DNA of 64,000 nucleotides from an uncultured Gammaproteobacteria bacterium (GTDB lineage: Bacteria; Patescibacteriota; Microgenomatia; Levybacterales; UBA12049), in contig CAZILC010000001.1 in assembly GCA_964540055.1 (NCBI GenBank), forward strand, positions 40,045 through 104,044, written 5' to 3'. The position numbers and the translations under genes were made by a program. Positions 35,807 to 44,812 of this stretch are shown piece after piece. The notes under the pieces were generated by a model. It searched no databases. It was not told where the DNA came from and worked only from the letters and a program-made list of their open reading frames with translations. Every line of letters starts with the position of its first letter. Within the stretch, counting starts at the first letter, position 1.

Positions 35807-36235
35807 TTATTTTTGACAATTAGGGCAAAGACCGAAGAACTCGAGGCTATGCCGTTTTATTACTAATTTTTTCTTCTGTTGAATTTCTTTTTCAAGTTCA
35901 TCGATATGACAATCGGAAATATCTTCAATTTCACCGCACTTTTCACAGATAAAATGATGATGATCAGCTGCCGGACCATATTCATATCTGAATTTCCCTT
36001 CATTAAACTGGACTGGAACAACCAATCCCTTTTCAGCGAACGTATTAATTATCCTGAAAATTGTCGCTTGATCTGCCTTGATTTGTTTTCTATCTAAATA
36101 TCCTGAAACAGTGGCAATATCGACAGGTTTAGCTGATCTTTCAAGTACTTGTAAAACTCCAAGACGCGCGGGAGTAACTTTAAGATTTGCGTTTTTTAAT
36201 TCAACTTTACAATCGTGGATTTGTGACTTGGCCAT
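35807..36235 (-). CDS. zur: Fur-family repressor (Zur-like)
   Basis: 142 aa. LKVTPARLGVLQVL winged helix. HHHFICEKCG ... CPNC metal sites. Operon with the ZIP transporter. Confidence 0.8.
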   Translation of the reverse strand: MAKSQIHDCKVELKNANLKVTPARLGVLQVLERSAKPVDIATVSGYLDRKQIKADQATIFRIINTFAEKGLVVPVQFNEGKFRYEYGPAADHHHFICEKCGEIEDISDCHIDELEKEIQQKKKLVIKRHSLEFFGLCPNCQK

Positions 36236-36256
36236 AAATGCAACTCAATTGCATTT
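36236..36256. promoter_or_regulatory. 21-bp palindrome AAATGCAA-ctcaa-TTGCATTT (candidate Zur box)
   Basis: Lies exactly between the -10 and the ATG of the zur-ZIP operon. A third half-site TTGCATTT sits at 36273..36280, next to the -35. Confidence 0.55.
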
Positions 36257-36285
36257 AGTATATGCGACTTACTTGCATTTGTCAA
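36257..36285 (-). promoter_or_regulatory. zur promoter: TTGACA-17-TATACT
   Basis: Minus-strand read: TTGACA (36285..36280), TATACT (36262..36257). The ATG lies 21 nt downstream. Confidence 0.6.
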
Positions 36286-36647
36286 GAAGCATCTATCTCT
36301 GAATCGACTGTGGTGAGGAGATTGTTAATGTCAAAAGGTTTGGGAAGAAATTTATTAGCTCCTGAGGCAATTACTGATTTTCGAGCCGTAGGATGTGCGG
36401 AAATCATTACAATTGGAATCCGCTTAGTCCGCTCGGAATGCTTAAGTTTTCGGCAAATTTCCCGACCGTCTTTACCCGAAAGTAAGACATCAAGGATTAT
36501 GAGTTCTGGTAATTTTGATTCATCCGAAAGCCGCTCGGCATGTCCCCCGTCTTTACAGGTCTTCACTGTATAACCGGCGTCTTCCAGGACACATTGCAGG
36601 GCATCCAGAATGTCTGAGTCGTCATCAACGACAAGGATTTGTTCCAT
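36282..36647 (-). CDS. single-domain response regulator (CheY-like receiver)
   Basis: 121 aa. ILVVDDD ... LIILDVLLSGKDG ... ISAHP receiver motifs. No output domain. Confidence 0.8.
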   Translation of the reverse strand: MEQILVVDDDSDILDALQCVLEDAGYTVKTCKDGGHAERLSDESKLPELIILDVLLSGKDGREICRKLKHSERTKRIPIVMISAHPTARKSVIASGANKFLPKPFDINNLLTTVDSEIDAS

Positions 36648-36801
36648 AAAGAAAAGATGATTATACTTATACGCTAATGGAAATTCGATGAGAATTGGGT
36701 AAGAATTCGCTTAAAAAACGTATTATATGATCTTTGTGTTGCAACAGAATTAATTATTTTGTTAGACTAAGAACACTATCAATAAAATCTAACGTACTGC
36801 C

Positions 36802-38085
36802 ATGGGATATATAAAAAATTACGACCAGCTCGCGACCAATGACAACAGAAAAATTGTTCTTGACCTCATCGAAGTAGCATATGCGGCAATTCAACCGCAA
36901 CTAGTCTTTGAGCATAACTTTTCACTTGATGGTGATACTCTTACAATCTTGGATAAAAAATTTGACCTGAGTAAATTTGACGGCATCTTTTTACTCGGTT
37001 TTGGTAAAGGGAGTGCCGGAAACTGCAAATTGCTCGAGGAGAAACTCGGCGATCGCATTATCGATGGCTATGATATCGATGTTGTTGAAGATCCTCAATT
37101 TAAAAAAGTACACTACACCAAAGGCACTCATCCCCTGCCTTCAGAAGAAAATATCGCGTTTACTAAGCATGCAATTGAACATTTTGAAAGCTCAGGAGAA
37201 AATCATTTGGTAATAATCGTCACCTGTGGTGGTGGATCGGTACTTTTTGAAGCGCCAAATAAACTTTCACTTGATGAAATAACTGCGGTAAATAAAGCAT
37301 TACTTGAATCCGGTGCCGACATCACTGAAATGAATTCGATTCGCAAACATCTCTCACGTGTTAAAGGCGGCGGACTCGCCAAAATTCTTTATCCATCAAC
37401 TGTTGTCAACCTTATCTACTCCGATGTCCCAGGAAATGATTTATCTGTTATAGCATCAGGACCACTTGTTTCGGATCACTCAACCATGGATGATGTTAAA
37501 AATATTATCAAGAAATATGATCTTACAAAAAAAGTAACTGTCCCCGACGATGCATTTTCCGAGACTCCAACCGATCCGAAATACTTCAAAAACGTGCATA
37601 ATATTTTAATGCTTAGTAACCATACAGCACTAACAGCCATGGAAAAAGTTGCCAAAGAAAAAGGGATAAATGTACATATATTTTCAGATAAATTGCAGGG
37701 TGATGCAAGAACACTTGGTGAAAAATTACTTAAAGAAACTGCTCCCAAACAACTATTGCTCGCAGGCGGGGAATCAACAATTAAAGTCACCGGACATGGC
37801 AAAGGTGGACGAAATCAGGCTCTGGTTCTTAACGCGCTCTCTCATATAAGTGGAGATACAATTCTCGCCTCATTTGGCTCTGATGGATGGGATTTTTATG
37901 AGCTCGCCGGCGCTCTTGCCGATGGCGAAACCCATACAAAAATGCAGGAAATGAACTTGGATCCAAAGCCTTTTATCGAAGATGATAATAGTTACGAATT
38001 CTGGATGAAAACAGGTGATGGAATCCAAACAGGCCATCTGGATTCAAATGTCTCTGATTTATATATCGTTTTTAAACCCTCTTAA
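36802..38085 (+). CDS. glycerate 2-kinase (DUF4147 + MOFRL family)
   Basis: 427 aa. TCGGGSVLFE, RKHLSRVKGGGLA, GGESTIKVTG.GKGGRNQ motifs of MOFRL glycerate kinases. Confidence 0.8.
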   Translation: MGYIKNYDQLATNDNRKIVLDLIEVAYAAIQPQLVFEHNFSLDGDTLTILDKKFDLSKFDGIFLLGFGKGSAGNCKLLEEKLGDRIIDGYDIDVVEDPQFKKVHYTKGTHPLPSEENIAFTKHAIEHFESSGENHLVIIVTCGGGSVLFEAPNKLSLDEITAVNKALLESGADITEMNSIRKHLSRVKGGGLAKILYPSTVVNLIYSDVPGNDLSVIASGPLVSDHSTMDDVKNIIKKYDLTKKVTVPDDAFSETPTDPKYFKNVHNILMLSNHTALTAMEKVAKEKGINVHIFSDKLQGDARTLGEKLLKETAPKQLLLAGGESTIKVTGHGKGGRNQALVLNALSHISGDTILASFGSDGWDFYELAGALADGETHTKMQEMNLDPKPFIEDDNSYEFWMKTGDGIQTGHLDSNVSDLYIVFKPS

Positions 38086-38086
38086 T

Positions 38087-38194
38087 AATTTTCAATTCTC
38101 AATTTTCATTGAATGATTCAATTAATTAATTTTCAAATTTGAAACATTGGTCATTGAAAATTGATTGAAAATTAGAAATTGTAAATTGAAAATT
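38087..38194. repeat. AT-rich array: three reverse and three forward copies of ATTGAAAATT around the palindrome TTTCAAATTTGAAA
   Basis: AATTTTCAAT at 38087..38096, AATTTTCAtT at 38101..38110, AATTTTCAAa at 38128..38137. Palindrome at 38131..38144. ATTGAAAATT at 38153..38162, 38164..38173 and 38185..38194. Confidence 0.7.
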
Positions 38195-38230
38195 GCTCTC
38201 ATATTTCCTAATTCATAATTTGATAAAAGC

Positions 38231-38239
38231 TGCTATAAT
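38231..38239 (+). promoter_or_regulatory. extended -10 promoter TGcTATAAT upstream of tkt
   Basis: TG at 38231..38232, TATAAT at 38234..38239. ATG 38253 lies 13 nt downstream. Confidence 0.5.
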
Positions 38240-38252
38240 GACTCTGTTTTAC

Positions 38253-40082
38253 ATGAAAAATCTTGAGGAATTAGCTAAATTAATCCGTTACTTCATACTT
38301 CTTTCAACAACAGAAGCCGGCTCAGGTCACCCTACATCTTCACTCTCAGCAGTCGAGCTCATGACAGTGCTCTTTTTCGATGGTATTTTTCGCTATGATT
38401 TTGATACTCCCAAAAATCCCAACAACGACCGCTTGATCTTTTCAAAAGGCCATGCATCCCCGCTTTTTTATGCACTGTTTGCAGCCGCTGGTGCAATCAC
38501 AGAAGATGAGTTGAAAACGCTTCGAAAATTCGGCAGCCGACTCGAAGGCCACCCAACTCTTGAATTTCCATTCACTCAAGTTCCAAGTGGATCTCTCGGT
38601 CAAGGGCTTTCAAACGGAATCGGTATGGCAATTAACGCAAAATATTTAGAGAAAATTCCAGCAAAGACCTATGTCCTTTTGGGTGATAGTGAAATTGCAG
38701 AAGGATCAGTTTGGGAAGCGTTAGAGATTGCAAAGCATTATAAACTTAACAATCTTATCGGCATTATCGATGTTAACCGTCTCGGACAAAGCAGAGAGAC
38801 TCTTGATGGACATGCTATTAAAACCATTGCCAAAAAAGTTGAAGCTTTTGGTTGGGAAACAATCATCGTTGATGGACATTCGATTCCTCAAATCCAAAAA
38901 GCCTTTGCCAAAGCCGAAACAGTAAAAGACAAACCAGTCATGATCGTTGCAAAAACATTCAAAGGTCATGGCATCTCCTTTCTCAATGACAAAGAAAACT
39001 GGCACGGCAAAGCGCTCAGTCCTGACCAATTTCAAGACGCCTTAAAGGAATTAGGGAAAATAGAGTACAAACTTCGAGGCAAAGTTCTTAAACCAAAAGT
39101 GGTGAGACAAACACCCATAAAGCCACACACGGTTAAAATGACACCGTATGAAAAAGACCAAAAAGTCGCCACCCGTAAAGCATACGGTGATGCGCTGAAA
39201 TGTCTTGTAGCAATGGACCCGAACGTCGTTGTGTTGGACGCCGAGACAAGTAACTCGACTTTTTCAGCAAAAGCCAGCGAAGTTGCACCTGAAAGATTTT
39301 TTGAGATGTACATTGCAGAGCAAAATATGGTAGGTGTTGCAGTTGGATTGTCACGAGTTGGTAAGATTCCATTTGTTTCAACGTTTGCTGCATTTTTCTC
39401 ACGCGCTTTTGATCAGATTCGGATGGGACAATATGCAGATGCAAATGTCAAATTCGTCGGCTCACATGCCGGTGTCTCAATCGGCGAAGACGGCTCCTCG
39501 CAGATGGGACTTGAAGACATTGCTATGTTCCGAACGCCAATGGGAAGCGTAGTTCTTTATCCCAGCGATGCTGTCTCAACGGAAATGTTGGTCATGCAGG
39601 CTGCCAAACACCACGGCATGGTCTATATCAGAACAACCCGAGCCGACACCCCGGTACTCTATGGTAAAAATGAGATGTTCCCCATCGGCGGCAGTAAAAC
39701 ACTTCAAAGCAGTAAAAACGATGTAGTCACTGTAGTTGGCGCTGGAATTACTCTTCATGAAGCTCTCAAGGCGTATGAGGAATTAAAAAAAGAAAACATT
39801 TTGATTCGTGTTATCGACTTGTACAGTATCAAACCATTAGATATTAAAACACTTGTTAAAGCAGGTAAGGAAACCAAAGCCATCGTCACTGTTGAAGATC
39901 ATTTCGAAGAAGGCGGCATCAGTGAAGCAGTAAAGGCTGCATTGGTCAATGAAAACGTATACGTCTATTCACTCGCTGTTACCAAAATGCCACACAGTGG
40001 CAAACCCCAGGAGCTCCTTGATTATGAAGAAATTTCCAGCAACGCCATTGTCAAAAAAGTAAAACAACTCCTCAAGAAATAA
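38253..40082 (+). CDS. tkt: transketolase, fused short (mammalian-like) type
   Basis: Start at ATG 38253 (MKNLEEL...). EAGSGHPTSSLS, RLIFSKGHASP, LGDSEIAEGSVWEA...NRLGQS, FKGHGISF...WHGKAL closely parallel ~620-aa transketolases. The C-terminal half carries the pyrimidine-binding and C-terminal domains. Confidence 0.85.
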   Translation: MKNLEELAKLIRYFILLSTTEAGSGHPTSSLSAVELMTVLFFDGIFRYDFDTPKNPNNDRLIFSKGHASPLFYALFAAAGAITEDELKTLRKFGSRLEGHPTLEFPFTQVPSGSLGQGLSNGIGMAINAKYLEKIPAKTYVLLGDSEIAEGSVWEALEIAKHYKLNNLIGIIDVNRLGQSRETLDGHAIKTIAKKVEAFGWETIIVDGHSIPQIQKAFAKAETVKDKPVMIVAKTFKGHGISFLNDKENWHGKALSPDQFQDALKELGKIEYKLRGKVLKPKVVRQTPIKPHTVKMTPYEKDQKVATRKAYGDALKCLVAMDPNVVVLDAETSNSTFSAKASEVAPERFFEMYIAEQNMVGVAVGLSRVGKIPFVSTFAAFFSRAFDQIRMGQYADANVKFVGSHAGVSIGEDGSSQMGLEDIAMFRTPMGSVVLYPSDAVSTEMLVMQAAKHHGMVYIRTTRADTPVLYGKNEMFPIGGSKTLQSSKNDVVTVVGAGITLHEALKAYEELKKENILIRVIDLYSIKPLDIKTLVKAGKETKAIVTVEDHFEEGGISEAVKAALVNENVYVYSLAVTKMPHSGKPQELLDYEEISSNAIVKKVKQLLKK

Positions 40083-40130
40083 TATAACTTCATATATCGT
40101 AAAAGCTTGACGTCTTCTTATTTTTAAGAG

Positions 40131-41018
40131 ATGATAAGTAGTAACTTACATTTTATGCTTGCAGATTTATACGAAGATAAATTAAAAGATCTTGAGGAAA
40201 AAGCTGAACATGCGCGCGAACTTGTCATCAACTCGCTTCTCGAAGCTGGATCGGGACACTCAGCTGGACCACTCGGGATGGCAGATGTCTTTACAGCGTT
40301 CTATTTTCATATTCTCAATCATGACCCCAAGAATCCTGATTGGGAAGACCGCGATAGACTTGTGCTTTCAAATGGCCACATCTGCCCGATCCGCTACGTT
40401 TCTATGGCTCAAGCTGGATACTTTCCTATTGAAGAATTAAAAACACTCAGAAAAATAAACTCACGCCTTCAAGGACATCCGCACAGAACTGCTTTACCGG
40501 GATTGGAAACAACATCTGGGCCGCTAGGTGAAGGCATCGGACAGGCAATCGGCATTGCACTCGCTGCGGATCTGGACAAAAAGAAATACTATACCTATGT
40601 CATAACTGGTGACGGTGAATTGGATGAAGGAAATATTTGGGAATCGGTGATGTTTGCCGGAAAAAATAAGATTAATAATCTCATTATGGTGATTGACCGA
40701 AACAATATTCAAATTGACGGCTTCACCGAAGATGTCATGCCGCTTGAACCACTCAAAGAAAAATTTGAAGCATTTGGCTGGCATGTGCTAGAATCCGATG
40801 CGCATAATATCAAACAATTCGTTGATAGAGTCAATGAAGCACATGCGATTTATGAAAAACCAACAGTAATCATCGCACACTCAATCCCGGGCAAAGGCGT
40901 TGATTTTATGGAAAAAGACTTCCACTGGCACGGAAAACCCCCAAATGCAGATGAAGCGAAAAAAGCGCTTGAAGAAATAAGAACGCTTGGCGGAAAAATT
41001 GAAAGTGAACATAAATAA
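40131..41018 (+). CDS. transketolase, N-terminal subunit (split type)
   Basis: 295 aa. EAGSGHSAGPLG, LSNGHICP, TGDGELDEGNIWES...DRN (ThDP motif), WHGKPP. The start could instead be ATG 40155. Confidence 0.85.
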   Translation: MISSNLHFMLADLYEDKLKDLEEKAEHARELVINSLLEAGSGHSAGPLGMADVFTAFYFHILNHDPKNPDWEDRDRLVLSNGHICPIRYVSMAQAGYFPIEELKTLRKINSRLQGHPHRTALPGLETTSGPLGEGIGQAIGIALAADLDKKKYYTYVITGDGELDEGNIWESVMFAGKNKINNLIMVIDRNNIQIDGFTEDVMPLEPLKEKFEAFGWHVLESDAHNIKQFVDRVNEAHAIYEKPTVIIAHSIPGKGVDFMEKDFHWHGKPPNADEAKKALEEIRTLGGKIESEHK

Positions 41019-41021
41019 ATT

Positions 41022-42011
41022 ATGTTAAATCCTAACCTAAAACTAAACGAAAAACTCTTTGATGAAGACGTCGAGGTTCAACCTACACGTGCTGGTTTTG
41101 GCAGTGGACTTTTGGCATTGGGAGAAATTAATCCAAATGTCGTCGCTCTCGCTGCGGATTTGACCGAATCAACACAGGCGCATAAATTTGCAGAGAAATT
41201 CCCAGAAAGATTTTTCCAGGTCGGCATTGGTGAACAAAATATGGCGGCAATTGCAGCAGGACTCGCAGAAAGTGGAAAAATCGCTTTTATTTCATCGTAT
41301 GCAACATTTTCACCGGGGAAAAATTGGGAGACACTTCGCACAACAGCAGTTTATAATGAGGCAAATGTTAAAATTGCAGGACACCATTCAGGGATCATGA
41401 CTGGACCTGACGGGGCAACCCATCAAGCAACTGAGGATATCGCAATCACCCGCTGCTGGCCCAAAATGCATGTCTATGTCCCCTGTGACGCGATTGAATC
41501 ACGAAAAGCGACAATTGCGTCAGTTGATATCAGCACTCCAGTGTATCTGCGTTATACGAGAGACAAAACGCCTGTCATGACAACCGAAAATACTCCATTC
41601 AAAGTCGGCAAAATGCAGACGTTTTGGGTAACCGAACATCCCAAAGCAACAATTTTCGCAACAGGTTATATGCTGTATTATGCGCTTGTTGCAGCAAAAG
41701 AACTTGAAGAAGAAAAAATTCCTGTGCTTGTTGTAAATGCGGCAACAATCAAACCGCTTGATGAAGAAGGAATTCTCGAATCAACTCGCGTATCTCAAGC
41801 TGCAGTAACGGTTGAAGACCATCAAGTTGAAGGTGGAATGGGCTCGGCAATTGCTGAACTACTTGCCAAAACCACTCCACTTCCGATAGAATTTATAGGG
41901 TTGCAAAATACTTTTGCCGAATCCGGAACTCCGAAAGAGTTAATCGAAAAATACGGAATGGATGTAAAAGCTATCAAGCAAGCCGTTAAAAGAGTAATTA
42001 GGAGAAAATAA
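41022..42011 (+). CDS. transketolase, C-terminal subunit (split type)
   Basis: 329 aa. PERFFQVGIGEQNM, GPDGATHQATEDIA motifs. 3-nt gap after the N-terminal subunit. Confidence 0.85.
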   Translation: MLNPNLKLNEKLFDEDVEVQPTRAGFGSGLLALGEINPNVVALAADLTESTQAHKFAEKFPERFFQVGIGEQNMAAIAAGLAESGKIAFISSYATFSPGKNWETLRTTAVYNEANVKIAGHHSGIMTGPDGATHQATEDIAITRCWPKMHVYVPCDAIESRKATIASVDISTPVYLRYTRDKTPVMTTENTPFKVGKMQTFWVTEHPKATIFATGYMLYYALVAAKELEEEKIPVLVVNAATIKPLDEEGILESTRVSQAAVTVEDHQVEGGMGSAIAELLAKTTPLPIEFIGLQNTFAESGTPKELIEKYGMDVKAIKQAVKRVIRRK

Positions 42012-42020
42012 ACTAAAACC

Positions 42021-43700
42021 ATGGATGCTGCCCTTCTCGAAGAATTAAAAACTATTATAAAAGGTGACGTTGCGACTGATGATGAAACGCTTATGAAACA
42101 TAGTCATGACGCGAGTCTTTTTGAGGTCAAACCACAAGTCGTCGTCTATCCAAAAGACGCATCAGACGTAGAAGCTCTTATCAAATTCGTCTCCAAACAC
42201 AAAAAAGCTCATCCTCACCTCTCTCTTACTGGACGCTCGGCCGGAACTGATATGGGCGGAGGTTCGATCAATGATTCAATCATTGTCGACTTCATGAAAT
42301 ATTTCACCCGCATCGGTGCAATAAAAAATAATGTCGGTACCGTAGAACCCGGAGTTTTCTATCGAGATTTTGAGAAAGAAACTTTGAAACAAGACCTCAT
42401 TTTTGCTTCCTATCCTGCTTCCCGTGAACTTTGTGCGATTGGCGGAATTGTTAACAATAACTCAGGTGGTGAAAAATCACTCATGTACGGCAAGACAGAA
42501 AATTTCGTCAAAAGAACCAAAGTCGTTCTCGCAGATGGAAATACCTATGAACTTAAACCTCTAACTCGTCAAAAACTCAGAAGTAAATTGGCGAAGAATG
42601 ATTTTGAAGGAAAAGTCTACAAAGGTATTTATAATTTAATTAAGAAAAACTACGCGCTTTTGGAAAAAGCCAAACCTCAGGTTAATAAAAATTCTGCTGG
42701 TTATTTTCTCTGGAATGTATGGGACAAAGAAAAAGATATATTCGATTTGAACAAACTTTGGACAGGTGCACAAGGAACGCTTGGCATGATGCTTGAGGCT
42801 GATTTGGAATTGGTGCAGGTCCACAAACATCGAGAGATGGAAATCATTTTCCTTCATGATCTGACACATCTGGGAGAAATTATAGATGCAGTTTTGCCGC
42901 TCAAACCTGAAAGTTTTGAAAGTTATGATGATAATACCCTCAAACTAGCACTTCGATTCTTCCCCGAATTCGCCAAACAGCTTGGTCCGGTCGGACTTGT
43001 TCAATCCGGACTTGCTTTTGCACCGGCCTTTATGGAAATGTTTGTCGGTAAGCTTCCCAAACTCATATTGCAGATCGATTTTACCGGTAATGATCCTGAA
43101 GAATTAAAACAAAAAATTGCTCAATTGCGAGAGAAATTAAAGCCGCTGCATCCTGAAACAAAAATTGCAATTGAAGATCAGGAAAAACGCTATTGGCTGG
43201 TGAGACGCGAAAGCTTTAACCTTCTTCGAAACAAGATACGTGATAAACATACAGCACCGTTCATCGATGATTTTGTCATTAATCCTCATGATATCGGTGA
43301 AGTGCTTCCCCAAATTACCGATGTCGTCAAAAAGCATCCTGAATTTATTTATACAGTAGCCGGTCATATCGGGGACGGCAATTTTCATATTATCCCACTA
43401 GTAGATATTACAAATCCCAAAGTTCTTGAGGCTATTCCAGTTATTTCTGATGAGGTATACAAAATTATCAGTAAATATCATGGATCAATTACCGGCGAAC
43501 ACAATGATGGCCTCATTCGCACTCCCTATCTTGAAGGAATGTACGGGAAAGAAATTATCAAACTCTTTGAGCAAACCAAACACATTTTTGATCCCGATGG
43601 TATTTTCAATCCCCGCAAAAAAGTTCATGGCAACCTCACCTATGCCATGGATCACATCCGCACCAACTGGGACACCATCAAAGTGCCAGCAGTAAAATAA
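42021..43700 (+). CDS. FAD-binding oxidoreductase (GlcD / D-lactate dehydrogenase-like)
   Basis: 559 aa. FAD_binding_4-type N-terminus (LTGRSAGTDMGGGS) and a C-terminal GxITGEHNDG block. Confidence 0.75.
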   Translation: MDAALLEELKTIIKGDVATDDETLMKHSHDASLFEVKPQVVVYPKDASDVEALIKFVSKHKKAHPHLSLTGRSAGTDMGGGSINDSIIVDFMKYFTRIGAIKNNVGTVEPGVFYRDFEKETLKQDLIFASYPASRELCAIGGIVNNNSGGEKSLMYGKTENFVKRTKVVLADGNTYELKPLTRQKLRSKLAKNDFEGKVYKGIYNLIKKNYALLEKAKPQVNKNSAGYFLWNVWDKEKDIFDLNKLWTGAQGTLGMMLEADLELVQVHKHREMEIIFLHDLTHLGEIIDAVLPLKPESFESYDDNTLKLALRFFPEFAKQLGPVGLVQSGLAFAPAFMEMFVGKLPKLILQIDFTGNDPEELKQKIAQLREKLKPLHPETKIAIEDQEKRYWLVRRESFNLLRNKIRDKHTAPFIDDFVINPHDIGEVLPQITDVVKKHPEFIYTVAGHIGDGNFHIIPLVDITNPKVLEAIPVISDEVYKIISKYHGSITGEHNDGLIRTPYLEGMYGKEIIKLFEQTKHIFDPDGIFNPRKKVHGNLTYAMDHIRTNWDTIKVPAVK

Positions 43701-43720
43701 GCGCAGACTTCAACTTGTTA

Positions 43721-43752
43721 TTGCAATTCCGGCAAAAACACTATAGTATAAT
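43721..43752 (+). promoter_or_regulatory. promoter: TTGCAA-17-TAGTAT(AAT), with the ATG 7-10 nt downstream
   Basis: TTGCAA at 43721..43726. Overlapping -10 candidates TAGTAT (43744..43749) and TATAAT (43747..43752). ATG at 43760. Confidence 0.55.
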
Positions 43753-43759
43753 TACATAA

Positions 43760-44806
43760 ATGGATCAGGACATTCTCCAAAAAACAGCAAAAGCAATGGT
43801 CGCCCCAAGTAAAGGTCTCCTCGCAGCGGATGAAAGTGACAAGACATGCCAGAAACGATTTGACAGCGTTGGCGTGGAGTGTACCGAGGAAACGAGACGT
43901 GAATATCGAGGTATTTTACTTACTACACCTGGCGCAAATGAACACATGAGCGGTGTCATTCTTTATGATGAAACCTTCTGGCAAAAGACTGATGAGGGAA
44001 AAGATTTTACAAAATATTTGGAAGAAAATGATATTTTGCCGGGAATTAAAGTCGACAAAGGACTTATTGATATCCCCGATCATCCGGGAGAAAAAGTTTC
44101 CCAAGGACTGGATGATTTACCGGAGCGTATAAGAAAGTATGCAGATGCTGGCGCAAAATTCGCAAAATGGCGATCAGTTATCGCAATTGGTGAAGGCATC
44201 CCAACGGATGATTGTATCAATGCCAACGCCGACGTTCTCGCACAATACGCCTTTATCTGCCAACAGGTAAATGTCGTACCGATTGTAGAACCCGAAGTTC
44301 TCTTTGATGGCACGCATACGAGCCAGGAATGTGAAGAAGTAATGGCCAAAACGTTTGAGGCGCTTTTTAAAGCGATGAAACAAAAAAATATATTTATGCC
44401 TGGTGCAATTTTAAAAACCAGTATGGTCCTTCCTGGTAAAGAAAGCGGAACCTCGATTGATCATGATGATGTATCTGAAAGAACTGTCAGAGTACTTCAT
44501 GATCATGTACCGAATGATCTGGGTGGTGTAGTATTTCTAAGTGGTGGGCAAACGAGTAACGATGCTTTTATCAATCTCAATCGCATCGCCAAAAAAGGCC
44601 CACATCCATGGGGTGTCACCTTCTCTTATTCACGTGCGCTGCAAGATCCAGTTCTCAAAGCCTGGGCGAAATCCCGAGATGACAAAGAATCTGTCCAAAA
44701 ATTATTTGCGAATCAGTTGAATTTTGCAGGAAGAGCAAGCAAAGGCGAACTCGATGAATCCCAACTGCACAACGATGACTTCGTGACAAAATCCCAGGAT
44801 CTCTAA
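43760..44806 (+). CDS. fructose-bisphosphate aldolase, class I
   Basis: 348 aa. KGLLAADESDKTCQKRF, GILLTTPG, GIKVDKG, and the Schiff-base region LKTSMV typical of class I (PF00274-type) FBA. Confidence 0.85.
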   Translation: MDQDILQKTAKAMVAPSKGLLAADESDKTCQKRFDSVGVECTEETRREYRGILLTTPGANEHMSGVILYDETFWQKTDEGKDFTKYLEENDILPGIKVDKGLIDIPDHPGEKVSQGLDDLPERIRKYADAGAKFAKWRSVIAIGEGIPTDDCINANADVLAQYAFICQQVNVVPIVEPEVLFDGTHTSQECEEVMAKTFEALFKAMKQKNIFMPGAILKTSMVLPGKESGTSIDHDDVSERTVRVLHDHVPNDLGGVVFLSGGQTSNDAFINLNRIAKKGPHPWGVTFSYSRALQDPVLKAWAKSRDDKESVQKLFANQLNFAGRASKGELDESQLHNDDFVTKSQDL

Positions 44807-44812
44807 GTACTC

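Noticed and set aside
38253-40082. The fused 610-aa ThDP enzyme as DXS rather than transketolase
   Set aside because: The sequence blocks (SGHPTSS, FSKGHASP, NRLGQS, WHGKAL) follow short-type transketolase, not the DXS pattern. A full mevalonate pathway also makes DXS unnecessary.
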